This document shows, one piece after another, positions 1-9,575 of a stretch of DNA of 64,000 nt. The notes below the pieces were generated by a model that worked only from the letters and a program-made list of their open reading frames with translations, was not told the DNA's origin and searched no databases. Made by a program: the position numbers and the translations under genes. This stretch comes from Candidatus Parcubacteria bacterium (GTDB lineage: Bacteria > Patescibacteriota > Saccharimonadia > UBA4664 > JBIOIQ01): assembly GCA_963718875.1 (NCBI GenBank), contig OY970378.1:132396-196395 (forward strand), written 5' to 3'. Position 1 is the first letter of the stretch; each line of letters begins with the position of its first letter.

Positions 1-235
1 TTCTGTTGCCATCTCGTAGAGGGTCTTCAAGCCACCCCTGCATGACACATCCATACGGTAGTTCGGTTGTTATAATCTCAAGTGTTCTAGACCAGTCGTG
101 GCGCACACCTATGGGAGAATTCGCTACTTCGTTAGCGGCTTCTTCCGGATTGGGAACTTCTGGGTATGGAACACTGGGGTCTATAAGTTCAGGAAGGTCG
201 TGTTGAGGATTAAACTCTGGATTATTTATAAAAAG
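1..235 (-). CDS. possible partial hypothetical protein running off the window edge
   Basis: Stop-free minus frame (FINNPEFNPQHDLPELIDP...) from about 235 to 1; no clear start codon. Confidence 0.25.
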
Positions 236-269
236 GCTCCAATCTAGTCGATATACGATTAAGTCTGTA

Positions 270-359
270 TGGCGGAGAGGGTGGGATTTGAACCCACGAT
301 ACCCTTGCGGGCATACTGCTTTTCGAGAGCAGCGCCTTCAGCCACTCGGCCACCTCTCC
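270..359 (-). tRNA. tRNA-Ser(CGA)
   Basis: GGAGAGG acceptor, CTGCT-CTCGAAA-AGCAG anticodon arm, long variable arm, TTCAAAT T-loop, encoded CCA. Confidence 0.95.
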
Positions 360-422
360 ATCTTATGGCTTACCCAATTTAAACAATTATTTTGGTTTAG
401 TACAGCTTGTAATATGGCGTAG

Positions 423-1088
423 TTAAAACTTGAGTGTTCGAGTTAAGCGCTCGACAAGGTCAGGTTCGCGGTCAATGCGGGGCAAATGAGTTGAAAGAAT
501 AGATTCAATATGGGGTAAATCATTGCTTTCAAACATCACGGTTAGGCGGGGTTGAAAACGTTGCAGAGGATCTAGGTCAATGCTGTGCCAGGCTACGTCA
601 TTAAAAATGGCAAATGAGCGAAACTGGTTGTAGTGGTAGAGCTTTTGGTCGATCGTAATTCCGCTCGCGCCGAGGTGGTAGTTGAGTAGACGTGGTTCTT
701 TGTTGGCATAAACCACCAGGGCTACAGCCATGACGGCAAATACGGCCGCACTAAACCATTGGCTGGTCAAAATTGTTATAACTACCAAGGCTATTATGAT
801 GAGGCCAAAAAAGACGTACCACATTGGCTTTTTTTGGTGGTGAATAAACTCAGATGCATGCCAGCTAAACTCGGTAGGTCCGTCGCTAGCCGGTTGGGGT
901 TCGTCTTGAAACTGATGCCCTGGTTCTGATTCGCCTAATTCATAATCTTCTGTAGCCGGCTGCTCGGCGTCGTCTGGCTGGATATCATCATCAGCTTCAA
1001 ACCGGGAAGGGCTTTGTGATAAATTTTCTACCTCTAATTGCGGTTCAGGATAGTTGGATTTATGGCTTGGTTCTGTAGGCTCGTTCAT
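423..1088 (-). CDS. membrane protein with acidic N-terminus, two TM helices and C-terminal soluble domain (CPR DUF5673-like)
   Basis: ORF; W.A.EF..H.K...WY motif before TM pair; start taken at MNEPTE. Confidence 0.7.
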   Translation of the reverse strand: MNEPTEPSHKSNYPEPQLEVENLSQSPSRFEADDDIQPDDAEQPATEDYELGESEPGHQFQDEPQPASDGPTEFSWHASEFIHHQKKPMWYVFFGLIIIALVVITILTSQWFSAAVFAVMAVALVVYANKEPRLLNYHLGASGITIDQKLYHYNQFRSFAIFNDVAWHSIDLDPLQRFQPRLTVMFESNDLPHIESILSTHLPRIDREPDLVERLTRTLKF

Positions 1089-1227
1089 GATGGTCCTGCT
1101 TTTGCTTGAATTATGACTTAAGGACAAGCGAATTACAATGTAGTCACGAGTAGTTCACGTTAGATTTAATCCGAGCTAAAGGTGCGTTATAAAAAAATAA
1201 GCCGGACATTAAGTCCGGATTATTTTT

Positions 1228-1320
1228 TGGCGGAGAGGGAGAGATTCGAACTCTCGCTAGAGATTACTCCCTACTACAGGTTTAGCAAACCCGCCCCTTC
1301 AGCCACTTGGGTACCTCTCC
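1228..1320 (-). tRNA. tRNA-Ser(GCT)
   Basis: Cloverleaf with TTGCTAA anticodon loop, long variable arm, TTCGAAT, CCA. Confidence 0.95.
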
Positions 1321-1450
1321 GCGTCGCAGTTTTATATAACTTTCGCTGCAAACTGTCATGTTGAGCGAAGTCGAAACATCTATTCAATAGATCTCTCCAC
1401 TTTGGTCGAGATGACATTTGGCCTTCCAGACGAAGCTAAAGAGCGTAGCC

Positions 1451-1538
1451 TGGCGGAGGGGGTGGGATTCGAACCCACGGACCCGTGAAGGTCTCCGGTT
1501 TTCAAGACCGGTGCACTCGGCCGCTATGCGACCCCTCC
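1451..1538 (-). tRNA. tRNA-Ser(TGA)
   Basis: CCGGT-CTTGAAA-ACCGG anticodon arm, long variable arm, CCA. Confidence 0.95.
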
Positions 1539-1734
1539 ATCGTCAACCGGCGCCCTCGCTAACTTTGTGAGTATAGTGCTCAAGAGGACTTTTTTCAAGT
1601 AGGGTTGCCGGGTGAGAGACTAACCATAGTCAACGTAACACCAGCTAAACTGGACATTCTTTTTATTTCGTGATATAATAATTTTAGCTTAGTACCAGTT
1701 CGACAACATGCATTTTGACGACAGGAGCATTCTC

Positions 1735-2136
1735 ATGATTCTTCTACCTTTCGATAACCACCCCATTCGCCCTACCTCTATCAACACGGAGGCAGGGCCT
1801 GATCAAAACAGGAAGTTCAGTAGTTTTCCAACGCTCAAGATGAACCGTGCAGCTTTCCTGATCGTCATGATGCTGACCTCGGCAGACGAGTGGATCGAGT
1901 TTACGGTTGCCGATCTCGAAGCCTTTGCCGAGGCGCACGGCTTCCCTTGGAGGGACGCGTCGTACTCGCAGGGGTTCGCCCAGTTGCTCGACAAGACCCA
2001 TCTCGACCGGGAACCCTTTGTGGTCGAGGTTGAGGGCTACTACAGAGTGACGCACATGTTCGTTGCGCTCTGCTTCGCCTCTGCACCCCGAAAGGAGTTC
2101 GTACGGAGGTTCGAGCCCTCGCCGGTTCGTTCCTGA
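1735..2136 (+). CDS. hypothetical protein (GC-rich islet)
   Basis: ORF with AGGAG SD, upstream TGGACA..TATAAT-like promoter, followed by terminator. Confidence 0.6.
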   Translation: MILLPFDNHPIRPTSINTEAGPDQNRKFSSFPTLKMNRAAFLIVMMLTSADEWIEFTVADLEAFAEAHGFPWRDASYSQGFAQLLDKTHLDREPFVVEVEGYYRVTHMFVALCFASAPRKEFVRRFEPSPVRS

Positions 2137-2167
2137 TCTCGCGATTCAACAATGCTACAAGCGCCAT

Positions 2168-2204
2168 AGGGCGCCGGCCTCACGGTCGGCGCCCTGCTTC
2201 TTTT
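2168..2204 (+). terminator. intrinsic terminator
   Basis: AGGGCGCCGGCC-loop-GGTCGGCGCCCT then T-rich tail. Confidence 0.7.
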
Positions 2205-2282
2205 AAGCGGATTATTGTTGATTGTTTTCTTCCAGACTGCTTTAATGGTGAAACCAAACGACATTTCGAGTGGGAGGTTGCT

Positions 2283-2801
2283 ATGTCGAGAAAGTTTGTA
2301 CACTGGTACCTGCACGGTCTTCGAAATGGCGACCCTGAAGGTTGGCCTTACATCAAGATGGTTGCAATCCCAAGTGGTTGGGTCGAGGTGTCCGAGCAGG
2401 AACAGTATGCGTTTGAAATGGCATACCGTGTTTGGGATGCCAAGAGAATGATTGCTCGGTGCCGTCGAGGTTGCGACCTGTTCTTGTGTTACTACTTGCT
2501 CCAGAGCATTTACCTTGGAAAAGATGACTCGCATCCTCTTTCGCTAAGACAACTCGGGACTTCTTTGCTAGAGGTTGACGGCTTCGTTGCTGCTTACGAG
2601 GAGCAGGAGAGGTCTGAACGGATCAGACATCTCCTGGGAATGCTCGAACGGTGGCGACAAGGCGCTGAGCTACGTTGTGAAGATTTGCTCGGATGTGTAA
2701 AAAAAACGGCTCATACAATGGCGGCTTACTCCAGAGGACATCGGCGCTGCCGCCGAAGAACAAGCTCTATTGGTCTAGCCCTTCTGACCAGCGGAATATA
2801 G
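2283..2801 (+). CDS. hypothetical protein (islet)
   Basis: 172-aa ORF with GGGAGG SD and downstream hairpin. Confidence 0.55.
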   Translation: MSRKFVHWYLHGLRNGDPEGWPYIKMVAIPSGWVEVSEQEQYAFEMAYRVWDAKRMIARCRRGCDLFLCYYLLQSIYLGKDDSHPLSLRQLGTSLLEVDGFVAAYEEQERSERIRHLLGMLERWRQGAELRCEDLLGCVKKTAHTMAAYSRGHRRCRRRTSSIGLALLTSGI

Positions 2802-2852
2802 CCACTTAGTGGCCCCCGCCGGTCGGCGGGGCGTTTCGCTTTATAGGAGCTA

Positions 2853-2920
2853 AGGGAGCCTCCCTCTAAGCGCTAATGCTACATATTTATACTTAAATAC
2901 AATTTAAAGGGAGCCTCCCT
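2853..2920. repeat. pair of AGGGAGCCTCCCT palindromes (second pair at 32682-32748)
   Basis: Two 13-bp palindromes 55 bp apart; same pair 54 bp apart at 32682/32736. Confidence 0.8.
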
Positions 2921-2934
2921 CGAAGAGCTAACGC

Positions 2935-3882
2935 TTAAATTTTTCCTGTCTCCAATTGATTAATTAAGTCAGCTTGGTGGAGGGCAGCAGCGGTGTTTTG
3001 CTGTCTTAGGTAAACTTCGCGCAGTAGCTTGTGGCTCTCTAGGTTGGCGGGGTCGGTTTGAGCTGCTTTAGCTAAGGCTGTTTCGGCTTCTTTAAGTTTG
3101 GGTGGGTCGTTGGGGGCCAAAATAAGGTTGATTCGGCCTAAAAGGACTTGATCGGGAACCATTAGTTGAGGCTGATTTATTAAAATGGCTCTAGAGCTGC
3201 GTATAAGCCCGCTAGAGTAGAGTTGGTATGCCAGCGCTGGTTTCCCTTGCTTGGCTTGTTTAAGCGTGTGTAGGGCTCGAGGTGAGGTTACAGAGCCTAT
3301 CAAATCGTTCAAACGCACAGTCATGTTGTTAACGGCATAACATAAGCCAAGTTGCACTTGAGCTTCTGGGTTGTGAGTGTCTATGGCTAGGGCAGTTCGA
3401 GCGGCTATTATTGCACTATCCCCTCTCCCCTGTTCTAGCTCAAGCTCGGATTTGGCTATCAGGGCTGCTTGGGATTTATTGGCCTGAAGTACGTCTTCGA
3501 GTACCTTTCCAGCTTGCTTTAGCTGCCCTGATTGACGGTAGATGGTGACAATCTGCATGCCACTCTCCCCTATCGGTAATGTTTTCAGCTCGCGAGCGGC
3601 ATCATTTGGTCGATTAGCCTTAAGGTAGGCGCTGGCTAACAACTGCTTGTAGTTGTGGTTGGCTGGAGCCAGAATAGTAGCTACCTGAAAATCAGCGATG
3701 GCCTGAGTAGTGTCACCCTGACTTAGTCTGGTTTGTGCTTGGGCTACAAGTTTGGCAGCCCGAGCATTAGATATGGGCGTAGCTACAATTATCAGGAGAG
3801 CTATTAGTGCGCTGACTCCGATTATTATGTACCACATATGGGCTTTATTTTTGGGCTTGGCTGATTGCTTGGATTTGCTCAT
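2935..3882 (-). CDS. membrane-anchored TPR-repeat protein
   Basis: N-terminal TM helix, Ala/Leu-rich TPR-like helical repeats. Confidence 0.75.
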   Translation of the reverse strand: MSKSKQSAKPKNKAHMWYIIIGVSALIALLIIVATPISNARAAKLVAQAQTRLSQGDTTQAIADFQVATILAPANHNYKQLLASAYLKANRPNDAARELKTLPIGESGMQIVTIYRQSGQLKQAGKVLEDVLQANKSQAALIAKSELELEQGRGDSAIIAARTALAIDTHNPEAQVQLGLCYAVNNMTVRLNDLIGSVTSPRALHTLKQAKQGKPALAYQLYSSGLIRSSRAILINQPQLMVPDQVLLGRINLILAPNDPPKLKEAETALAKAAQTDPANLESHKLLREVYLRQQNTAAALHQADLINQLETGKI

Positions 3883-6496
3883 CTAACTTTGATAGTAACA
3901 ATTTGGCCTCGACTTGGCTATCACGAGTTTCTTGAACTACGCTGGCGGGGGCGGAAGAAACGTAACGCTCGTTGGCCAGGCGGGCGTCTAAACTATCTAG
4001 GTAAGCCTGCTTATCTGCCCTCATTTTTGACAACCTGGCTTTTCGGGCACTAATCAACGCATCGTCGGCTTGAATCCATGCTGGAGCGCTACTCCCGAGG
4101 TACAGACCACTCCCCTGCTCCACTAGTTTGATCTCTGTTACCCTTGCAAGATGTTTAATTAAATCTGCGTATTGAACCAGTTTTGGCTCAGTTGTGAGGA
4201 TGGTGGGCCTATCTAGCTTTTCTTCCGTTGCAATGGCTCTGATTTGGAGGGTTGTTTCTTGAATACGGTTAAAATCTTCAACTAAGCTTATATTAGCCGA
4301 ATTGTTAGAATCCGATTCCGGCCAAGGGCTAACAATCAGATCTGCTTTTTGCCACGGCATATTTTGCCAAATGGCCTCTGTTACGAAAGGCGCGGTGGGA
4401 TGAAGCAGTTTTAAAACTGTCTCTAACCCGTAAACTAAGAGGTCGTGATTAGGTGAAATCTTGGATGCCTCAACATACCAGTCGGCAAAATCGTCCCAAA
4501 GCAGAGCGTAAACCATCTGGCCGGCTTCGGAAAAGCGGTAGCTATCGATTGCTTTGGTAACATTCTGGACTGCTTGGTCGAGTTGGTATTTGATCCAGTG
4601 GTCGGCTGGGGCGTTGAGCTGTGGTTCGGCAGGTGTGTAATCGGCTGGCAGTTTGGCCAAGATGAACCTGGCAACATTCCATAGTTTGTTACAAAAATTG
4701 CGGTAGCCTTCAATTTTTTCTTTTCCGAGTGAGCCATTATTCCCGGGTGTAATCCCAATGGTTAGTGCTAAACGAAGAGCATCGGTGCCGTATGTGGCGG
4801 TGTATTCCAGAGGATTAATAACGTTTCCTTTAGATTTACTCATTTTTTTACCTTGTGCATCGTTGACCATGCCCCATAGGTAGACGGTTTTAAAGGGAGG
4901 CAGTTTAAAGCGATAATAACTAAACATCACCATCCGGCTCACCCATAAAAATATAATGTCGCGAGCAGTAGCCATTACGCTGGTGGGGTAAAACTGCTCA
5001 AAATCACCGGTGGCCATGAGGGTAGCGTAAGGCCATTGACCGCTAGAAAACCAAGTATCGAAGGTATCGGTTTCGGTCTCGTAATTATTTTTGCCATAGT
5101 AATCAATGGCTTCATCCTCATTGAAGGCAATGATGTAGGGTTTTTTGGTGGTATCAGAAGAGGCATTGTAATAGATGGGGATAGTTATTCCAAACCAGTT
5201 TTGGCGGCTAATGTTCCAATCGCGTAGGTTTTCCATCCAATCCAAGTAGACTTTTTCGTAACGCTTGGGGACTATTTTGATCTCACCATCCTTAACGGCC
5301 TTGATGGCTGGCTGTTTGAGTTCGGCCACCTTAAGCCACCACTGCTCAGTAACTAGTGGCTCTATTAGGGTGCCACAGCGGTCGTGAAAGGAAACGCTAT
5401 GCTTGTAATCCATTTCAACATGGTCAATTAACCCCCTTTCCTCAAGGTCATGGGCAACTTGCTCTCTAGCTTCGGCTACAGGCATGCCGGCGTATTTACC
5501 TGTTAGGTTGGTTAGCAGTCCGTCTGTCCCAATGGCTTGTTTGACCTCCAGGTCGTGACGTAACCCCATTTCCCAGTCGTTGGGGTCATGTGCAGGAGTA
5601 ACCTTAACTACACCTGTACCAAAGGCTGGGTCAACAAAGTCGTCTGCAATAACCTTGAGCTTGAATTTTCCAAGCAGGCCTTCGGCTTCAATCTCTTGGC
5701 CAATATACTGCGTGTAGCGCTCGTCCTTGGGGTTTACAGCAATGGCGGTATCACCAAATTTTGTTTCAGGCCGGACAGTAGCAAGTATAAACGGGCCGTA
5801 TTTGATGTAATATAACGGGTCAATTTGCTCACGATACTTGATTTCTAGGTCGCTAAAGCCGGAGCGGCAATGAGGGCACCAGTTAACTATGCGATTGCCG
5901 CGGTAAATTAAGCCATCATCGTGCATTTGCTTGAAGGTTTCATAGACGGTACGGACGATGTCGTCGTCCAAGGTGAACTTAAAACGGCTCCAATCGACGC
6001 TAAAGCCCAGGCTGCGGAGTTGAGCTGTTACATTGGCCATGTTCTTTTTTGTAAAAGCTAAGGCACTTTGATAAAACTGCTCACGACCGAGGTCAAATCG
6101 ACTTTTACCCTCTTTGGCCAGCTCGCGCTCGTAGACCACTTGAGTTTCGATACCAGCGTGGTCAGCTCCAGGGAGCCACAAGGTTGGATCCCCTTTCATG
6201 CGGTGGTATCTAGCCATAATGTCCTCGACCACATACATAACGTGGCCAGTGTGCAGGTCGCCGTTGGCATTAGGCGGTGGCATGATTACACTAAACGGCT
6301 CTCGATCAGGTATTGAGTTGTGAGTTGTGAGTTGTGAGTCATTTGTGCTTATCTCTCGACTCGCTTGAACTGAGCCTGTCGAATGGTCGACTCTTGACTC
6401 TTGACTCGAGGTGGGCTTGAAGGCGCCAGAATCTTCCCACATTTTATAAATGTCGGCCTCGTATTTGGCCGGTTCGTAACTTTTTGGTAACTCCAT
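3845..6496 (-). CDS. valS: valine--tRNA ligase
   Basis: PPPNANGDLHTGH (HIGH), KMSKS, DTFDTWFSS, C-terminal coiled coil. Confidence 0.97.
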   Translation of the reverse strand: MELPKSYEPAKYEADIYKMWEDSGAFKPTSSQESRVDHSTGSVQASREISTNDSQLTTHNSIPDREPFSVIMPPPNANGDLHTGHVMYVVEDIMARYHRMKGDPTLWLPGADHAGIETQVVYERELAKEGKSRFDLGREQFYQSALAFTKKNMANVTAQLRSLGFSVDWSRFKFTLDDDIVRTVYETFKQMHDDGLIYRGNRIVNWCPHCRSGFSDLEIKYREQIDPLYYIKYGPFILATVRPETKFGDTAIAVNPKDERYTQYIGQEIEAEGLLGKFKLKVIADDFVDPAFGTGVVKVTPAHDPNDWEMGLRHDLEVKQAIGTDGLLTNLTGKYAGMPVAEAREQVAHDLEERGLIDHVEMDYKHSVSFHDRCGTLIEPLVTEQWWLKVAELKQPAIKAVKDGEIKIVPKRYEKVYLDWMENLRDWNISRQNWFGITIPIYYNASSDTTKKPYIIAFNEDEAIDYYGKNNYETETDTFDTWFSSGQWPYATLMATGDFEQFYPTSVMATARDIIFLWVSRMVMFSYYRFKLPPFKTVYLWGMVNDAQGKKMSKSKGNVINPLEYTATYGTDALRLALTIGITPGNNGSLGKEKIEGYRNFCNKLWNVARFILAKLPADYTPAEPQLNAPADHWIKYQLDQAVQNVTKAIDSYRFSEAGQMVYALLWDDFADWYVEASKISPNHDLLVYGLETVLKLLHPTAPFVTEAIWQNMPWQKADLIVSPWPESDSNNSANISLVEDFNRIQETTLQIRAIATEEKLDRPTILTTEPKLVQYADLIKHLARVTEIKLVEQGSGLYLGSSAPAWIQADDALISARKARLSKMRADKQAYLDSLDARLANERYVSSAPASVVQETRDSQVEAKLLLSKLDEQIQAISQAQK

Positions 6497-6650
6497 AGTC
6501 AGTTAAGTATAGCTAAGTAAGGCCTTAGGCTGCAAATGAACGCAAGCTAATTTTCATTTGATCAAGTTTAAGCCTCCATTGCCTACTTGTCATCCTGAAC
6601 CGTCAGCTGATGGTTGTTTCAGGATCTCTTAAACTAATTTTTTACATGTT

Positions 6651-7226
6651 CAACAGATCCAAAAGCGCAGTTATGTTTCAAAATGCTGAAAGCGTTTTTT
6701 CTGCGTGAAAACATAAGCGTTATGCAAATTGGCTAACTTTTAATCTTTGAATTTTGGAACTTTTTGCTTGTGAACTAATTTGATGGTTGGTGTGCTACTT
6801 AGATTAGATTTAAGTATGTTGTCATCTCGACTCACGTGGAGAGATCTTTCTGGATGGGTTTTTGCACCGGTGCCTCCCGTGCAATGCAAATTAGCCTCAT
6901 TCTGCAATTATCGAGGAGGGGTTTGTGCGCCAAAATGATGTATTCTGGCTTATTTTATACTTAAGAGTATACATGCACGGGAGGCACCCGTGTCTTGACC
7001 GAGAAGCCGAAAGAAAGTTACGAACGCATCTGGGAAAAACACAGCATAGCAATAGCGTACTTGATCGGTGGGTTAGAGATAATTTAAGGGATGAAGCGCG
7101 TCGAGTTGCGGCAGAAAGAGGTGAAGCGGCGTAGAGCTTGCAACAGATTTAAAATAGCCATTATGTTTTAAAACGCTCAAAGCGTTTTTTTAGTGTGAAA
7201 ACATAAGCGTTATGCAAACTGGCTAA
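6651..7226. repeat. imperfect ~86-bp direct repeats at 6651-6736 and 7141-7226
   Basis: Shared CAACAGAT...TTATGTTT.AAA..GCT.AAAGCGTTTTTT...GTGAAAACATAAGCGTTATGCAAA.TGGCTAA. Confidence 0.8.
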
Positions 7227-7544
7227 ATTATAATCATTGAGTTTTGTAAGTTTTGTTTGTTGACCTGATCTAAGGTTTCAACCAGCATTTTTTGTAACTT
7301 CAAGACCTGGTCTTGACTAACGCGTTTAAAACTTGGGTCAGGCCTCAGGCCCGCCCGCGGGGGTCGTGGACCCCTACGGACGGACACTGAGGGTTTCTCA
7401 CCGAGCGCAGTAGAGCCACGTTCGGCAAGATTGGAGCCCGCAGGCCCTGGTTCGGAAGATGGGGGTTCCTTGCCTGGGCCTGCGGGGGAATTGCCGGTCG
7501 AGTCACGCATAGTGTGTACCCGCCGGCAAGATGGTTGCGCCGGA

Positions 7545-7949
7545 CTAGGCGGGGTTGGAGATGATGCTGAAGCGTAGCTTGACCTTTCGGTCGCCAGCCA
7601 CGGCTTCAACCTCCCACAACAGGCTCCGCGGACGGCTCTCGCCATCTCCGTGGATCAAGAGAGAGTTGAAGAAGCTTTCGCAAAGGCTGCCGACCGAGAA
7701 GTCGGCGGTCAGAAGTGCTTCGCCGATGGAGTCGCCGACGAATCGGAGGGCTTCGCCGAGAGAGCCGCAGGCTTGACGCTGACGCCACACCCCATTGACC
7801 GTATCGTCCGCGAAAACCATGGCTCCGGTTACGCCTTGGTAGGCATCAACGAGCCATGCCCACTCTGTGTCGGTGAGCTCTTGGTACTTCAGCAGCTCGC
7901 TGATTTTCGGCGTGACTACTTTGATGGGCTTTACTGCGACAGCTACCAT
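7545..7949 (-). CDS. hypothetical protein (GC-rich islet)
   Basis: 134-aa ORF, AAGGAGG SD upstream, TTGACT-N17-TAATAT promoter near 8103-8131. Confidence 0.6.
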   Translation of the reverse strand: MVAVAVKPIKVVTPKISELLKYQELTDTEWAWLVDAYQGVTGAMVFADDTVNGVWRQRQACGSLGEALRFVGDSIGEALLTADFSVGSLCESFFNSLLIHGDGESRPRSLLWEVEAVAGDRKVKLRFSIISNPA

Positions 7950-8219
7950 TGCATGTGCCTCCTTGAAGGCCTATCGTCCGATGGATTCGGGCGGGGCTTG
8001 CGACTCACATTGCTTGTGAAGCACAAAACCCGACCGAATTTGAATCTGGTGAATCCTAGCCCGATATTTAAAGAGCAATCAACCTAAGATTGAATGTCTA
8101 ACATATTAGCATAAGTGGCATGGAAAGTCAATGGCTGCATCTGGGATATTAAGGATTTGAGATTAGTAGATGGTAGGCAGGGTTCTGAAGCGATCCTCCT
8201 ATCTACTACCTACCAGTCC

Positions 8220-9401
8220 CTAGTCCCTTATTGAATGCGAGTGCATTTGCATGCTCGAGTCAGCCACCAGGAGCTTAGGGTCGGTAGTCATGCCATCGTG
8301 TGCATACCAGTAACCCAGCGCGGCGATCATGGCGGCGTTATCCGTGCAGAGGTTCATAGCGGCATAATTAATTTCTATAGGTAAACGCTTTTTGAGCTCG
8401 GTGCGTAAGGCTTGGCTGGCCGCCACGCCACCAGCAATGACAACAGATTTAGGGCTGTGTCGCTCGTAGGCCACCATCATGCGGTCAACCAGGGTGTCGA
8501 TGACAGTTTTTTGAAATGAAGCAGCCACGTCGTTTTTTTGCTGATCGTTTAAAAGGGGAGCGAGGGTGTGGGAGGCAGCAGTTTGGTCGAGACCGAGCAT
8601 GGTTTGAACTTGACGCAACACGGCGGTTTTAACTCCGCTAAAGCTGTAATCTAGACTATCTTTACCAAGCTTGGCTTTGGGGAAAGTAAAAGCATTGGGG
8701 TCGCCATTTAAGGCAGCTTTTTCTAGCGCCGGTCCACCTGGAAATCCTAGCCCGAGTAATTTAGCAATTTTGTCGAACGCTTCGCCAGCGGCGTCGTCGC
8801 GAGTTTGACCTAAAACTTGGTAGTTGTGGTGGCCATGGAACAGAACGATTTGCGAGTGTCCGCCAGATACAATCATAGCTAGCAGTGGGAAGTCGGGCGG
8901 CTGCCATTCGGATTTAACATTTAACATTTGACCTTTGATGTGTGACGAGTCTAAGAAGTTTGCATAAACGTGGGCTTCTACATGGTTGATGGCATAAAGT
9001 GGTTTGTGGTGGAGCTCGGCCAGGGTTCGTGCTGTCAATGTTCCGATTAAGAGTGACCCGAGTAATCCCGGTCCGGCTGTGACGGCAATTCCGTCAATTT
9101 GATCCCACAGAGTGTTGTCATTCCTGCGAAGGCGGGGATCTAGATCGCTGGATCCTCGATCCGGAGCGCTATGGCTTCCGGTCAAGGATGACAATTGGGG
9201 GAAAGCCTGCTCGAAGGCTTTTTCTACCACGGGAAGCATAGCCTCAATGTGGCTACGGGCGGCAATTTCGGGTACGACACCTCCAAATTGCGCGTGAATG
9301 TCAATTTGCGAAGCCACAATGTTGGATAAAATGTGGCGCCCATCTTTTACGACAGCGGCAGCGGTTTCGTCACAACTGGTTTCAATCCCAAGGATATTCA
9401 T
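8220..9401 (-). CDS. tsaD: tRNA N6-adenosine threonylcarbamoyltransferase TsaD
   Basis: ILGIETSCDET, GGVVPEIAARSH, NHVEAH, VSGGHS, DDAAGEAFDK, CTDNAAMIA. Confidence 0.97.
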   Translation of the reverse strand: MNILGIETSCDETAAAVVKDGRHILSNIVASQIDIHAQFGGVVPEIAARSHIEAMLPVVEKAFEQAFPQLSSLTGSHSAPDRGSSDLDPRLRRNDNTLWDQIDGIAVTAGPGLLGSLLIGTLTARTLAELHHKPLYAINHVEAHVYANFLDSSHIKGQMLNVKSEWQPPDFPLLAMIVSGGHSQIVLFHGHHNYQVLGQTRDDAAGEAFDKIAKLLGLGFPGGPALEKAALNGDPNAFTFPKAKLGKDSLDYSFSGVKTAVLRQVQTMLGLDQTAASHTLAPLLNDQQKNDVAASFQKTVIDTLVDRMMVAYERHSPKSVVIAGGVAASQALRTELKKRLPIEINYAAMNLCTDNAAMIAALGYWYAHDGMTTDPKLLVADSSMQMHSHSIRD

Positions 9402-9575
9402 TGGGTTAGTTTAACCCTTCGATTTCACTCAGGGCAAGCATTTACCTTCCATTTGTGTCATTTAATCATGCTGAGTTGCTTTAGAAGGGCAGACATAAAA
9501 GTGGTTGTGGTTGCTATCTGGGGTTGAGGCTAAAGAAGTCGTACTTTTTTAGCCTCAATAAAGTACGACTTCTTT

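Noticed and set aside
1182-1364. 60-aa ORF
   Set aside because: Antisense to tRNA-Ser(GCT)
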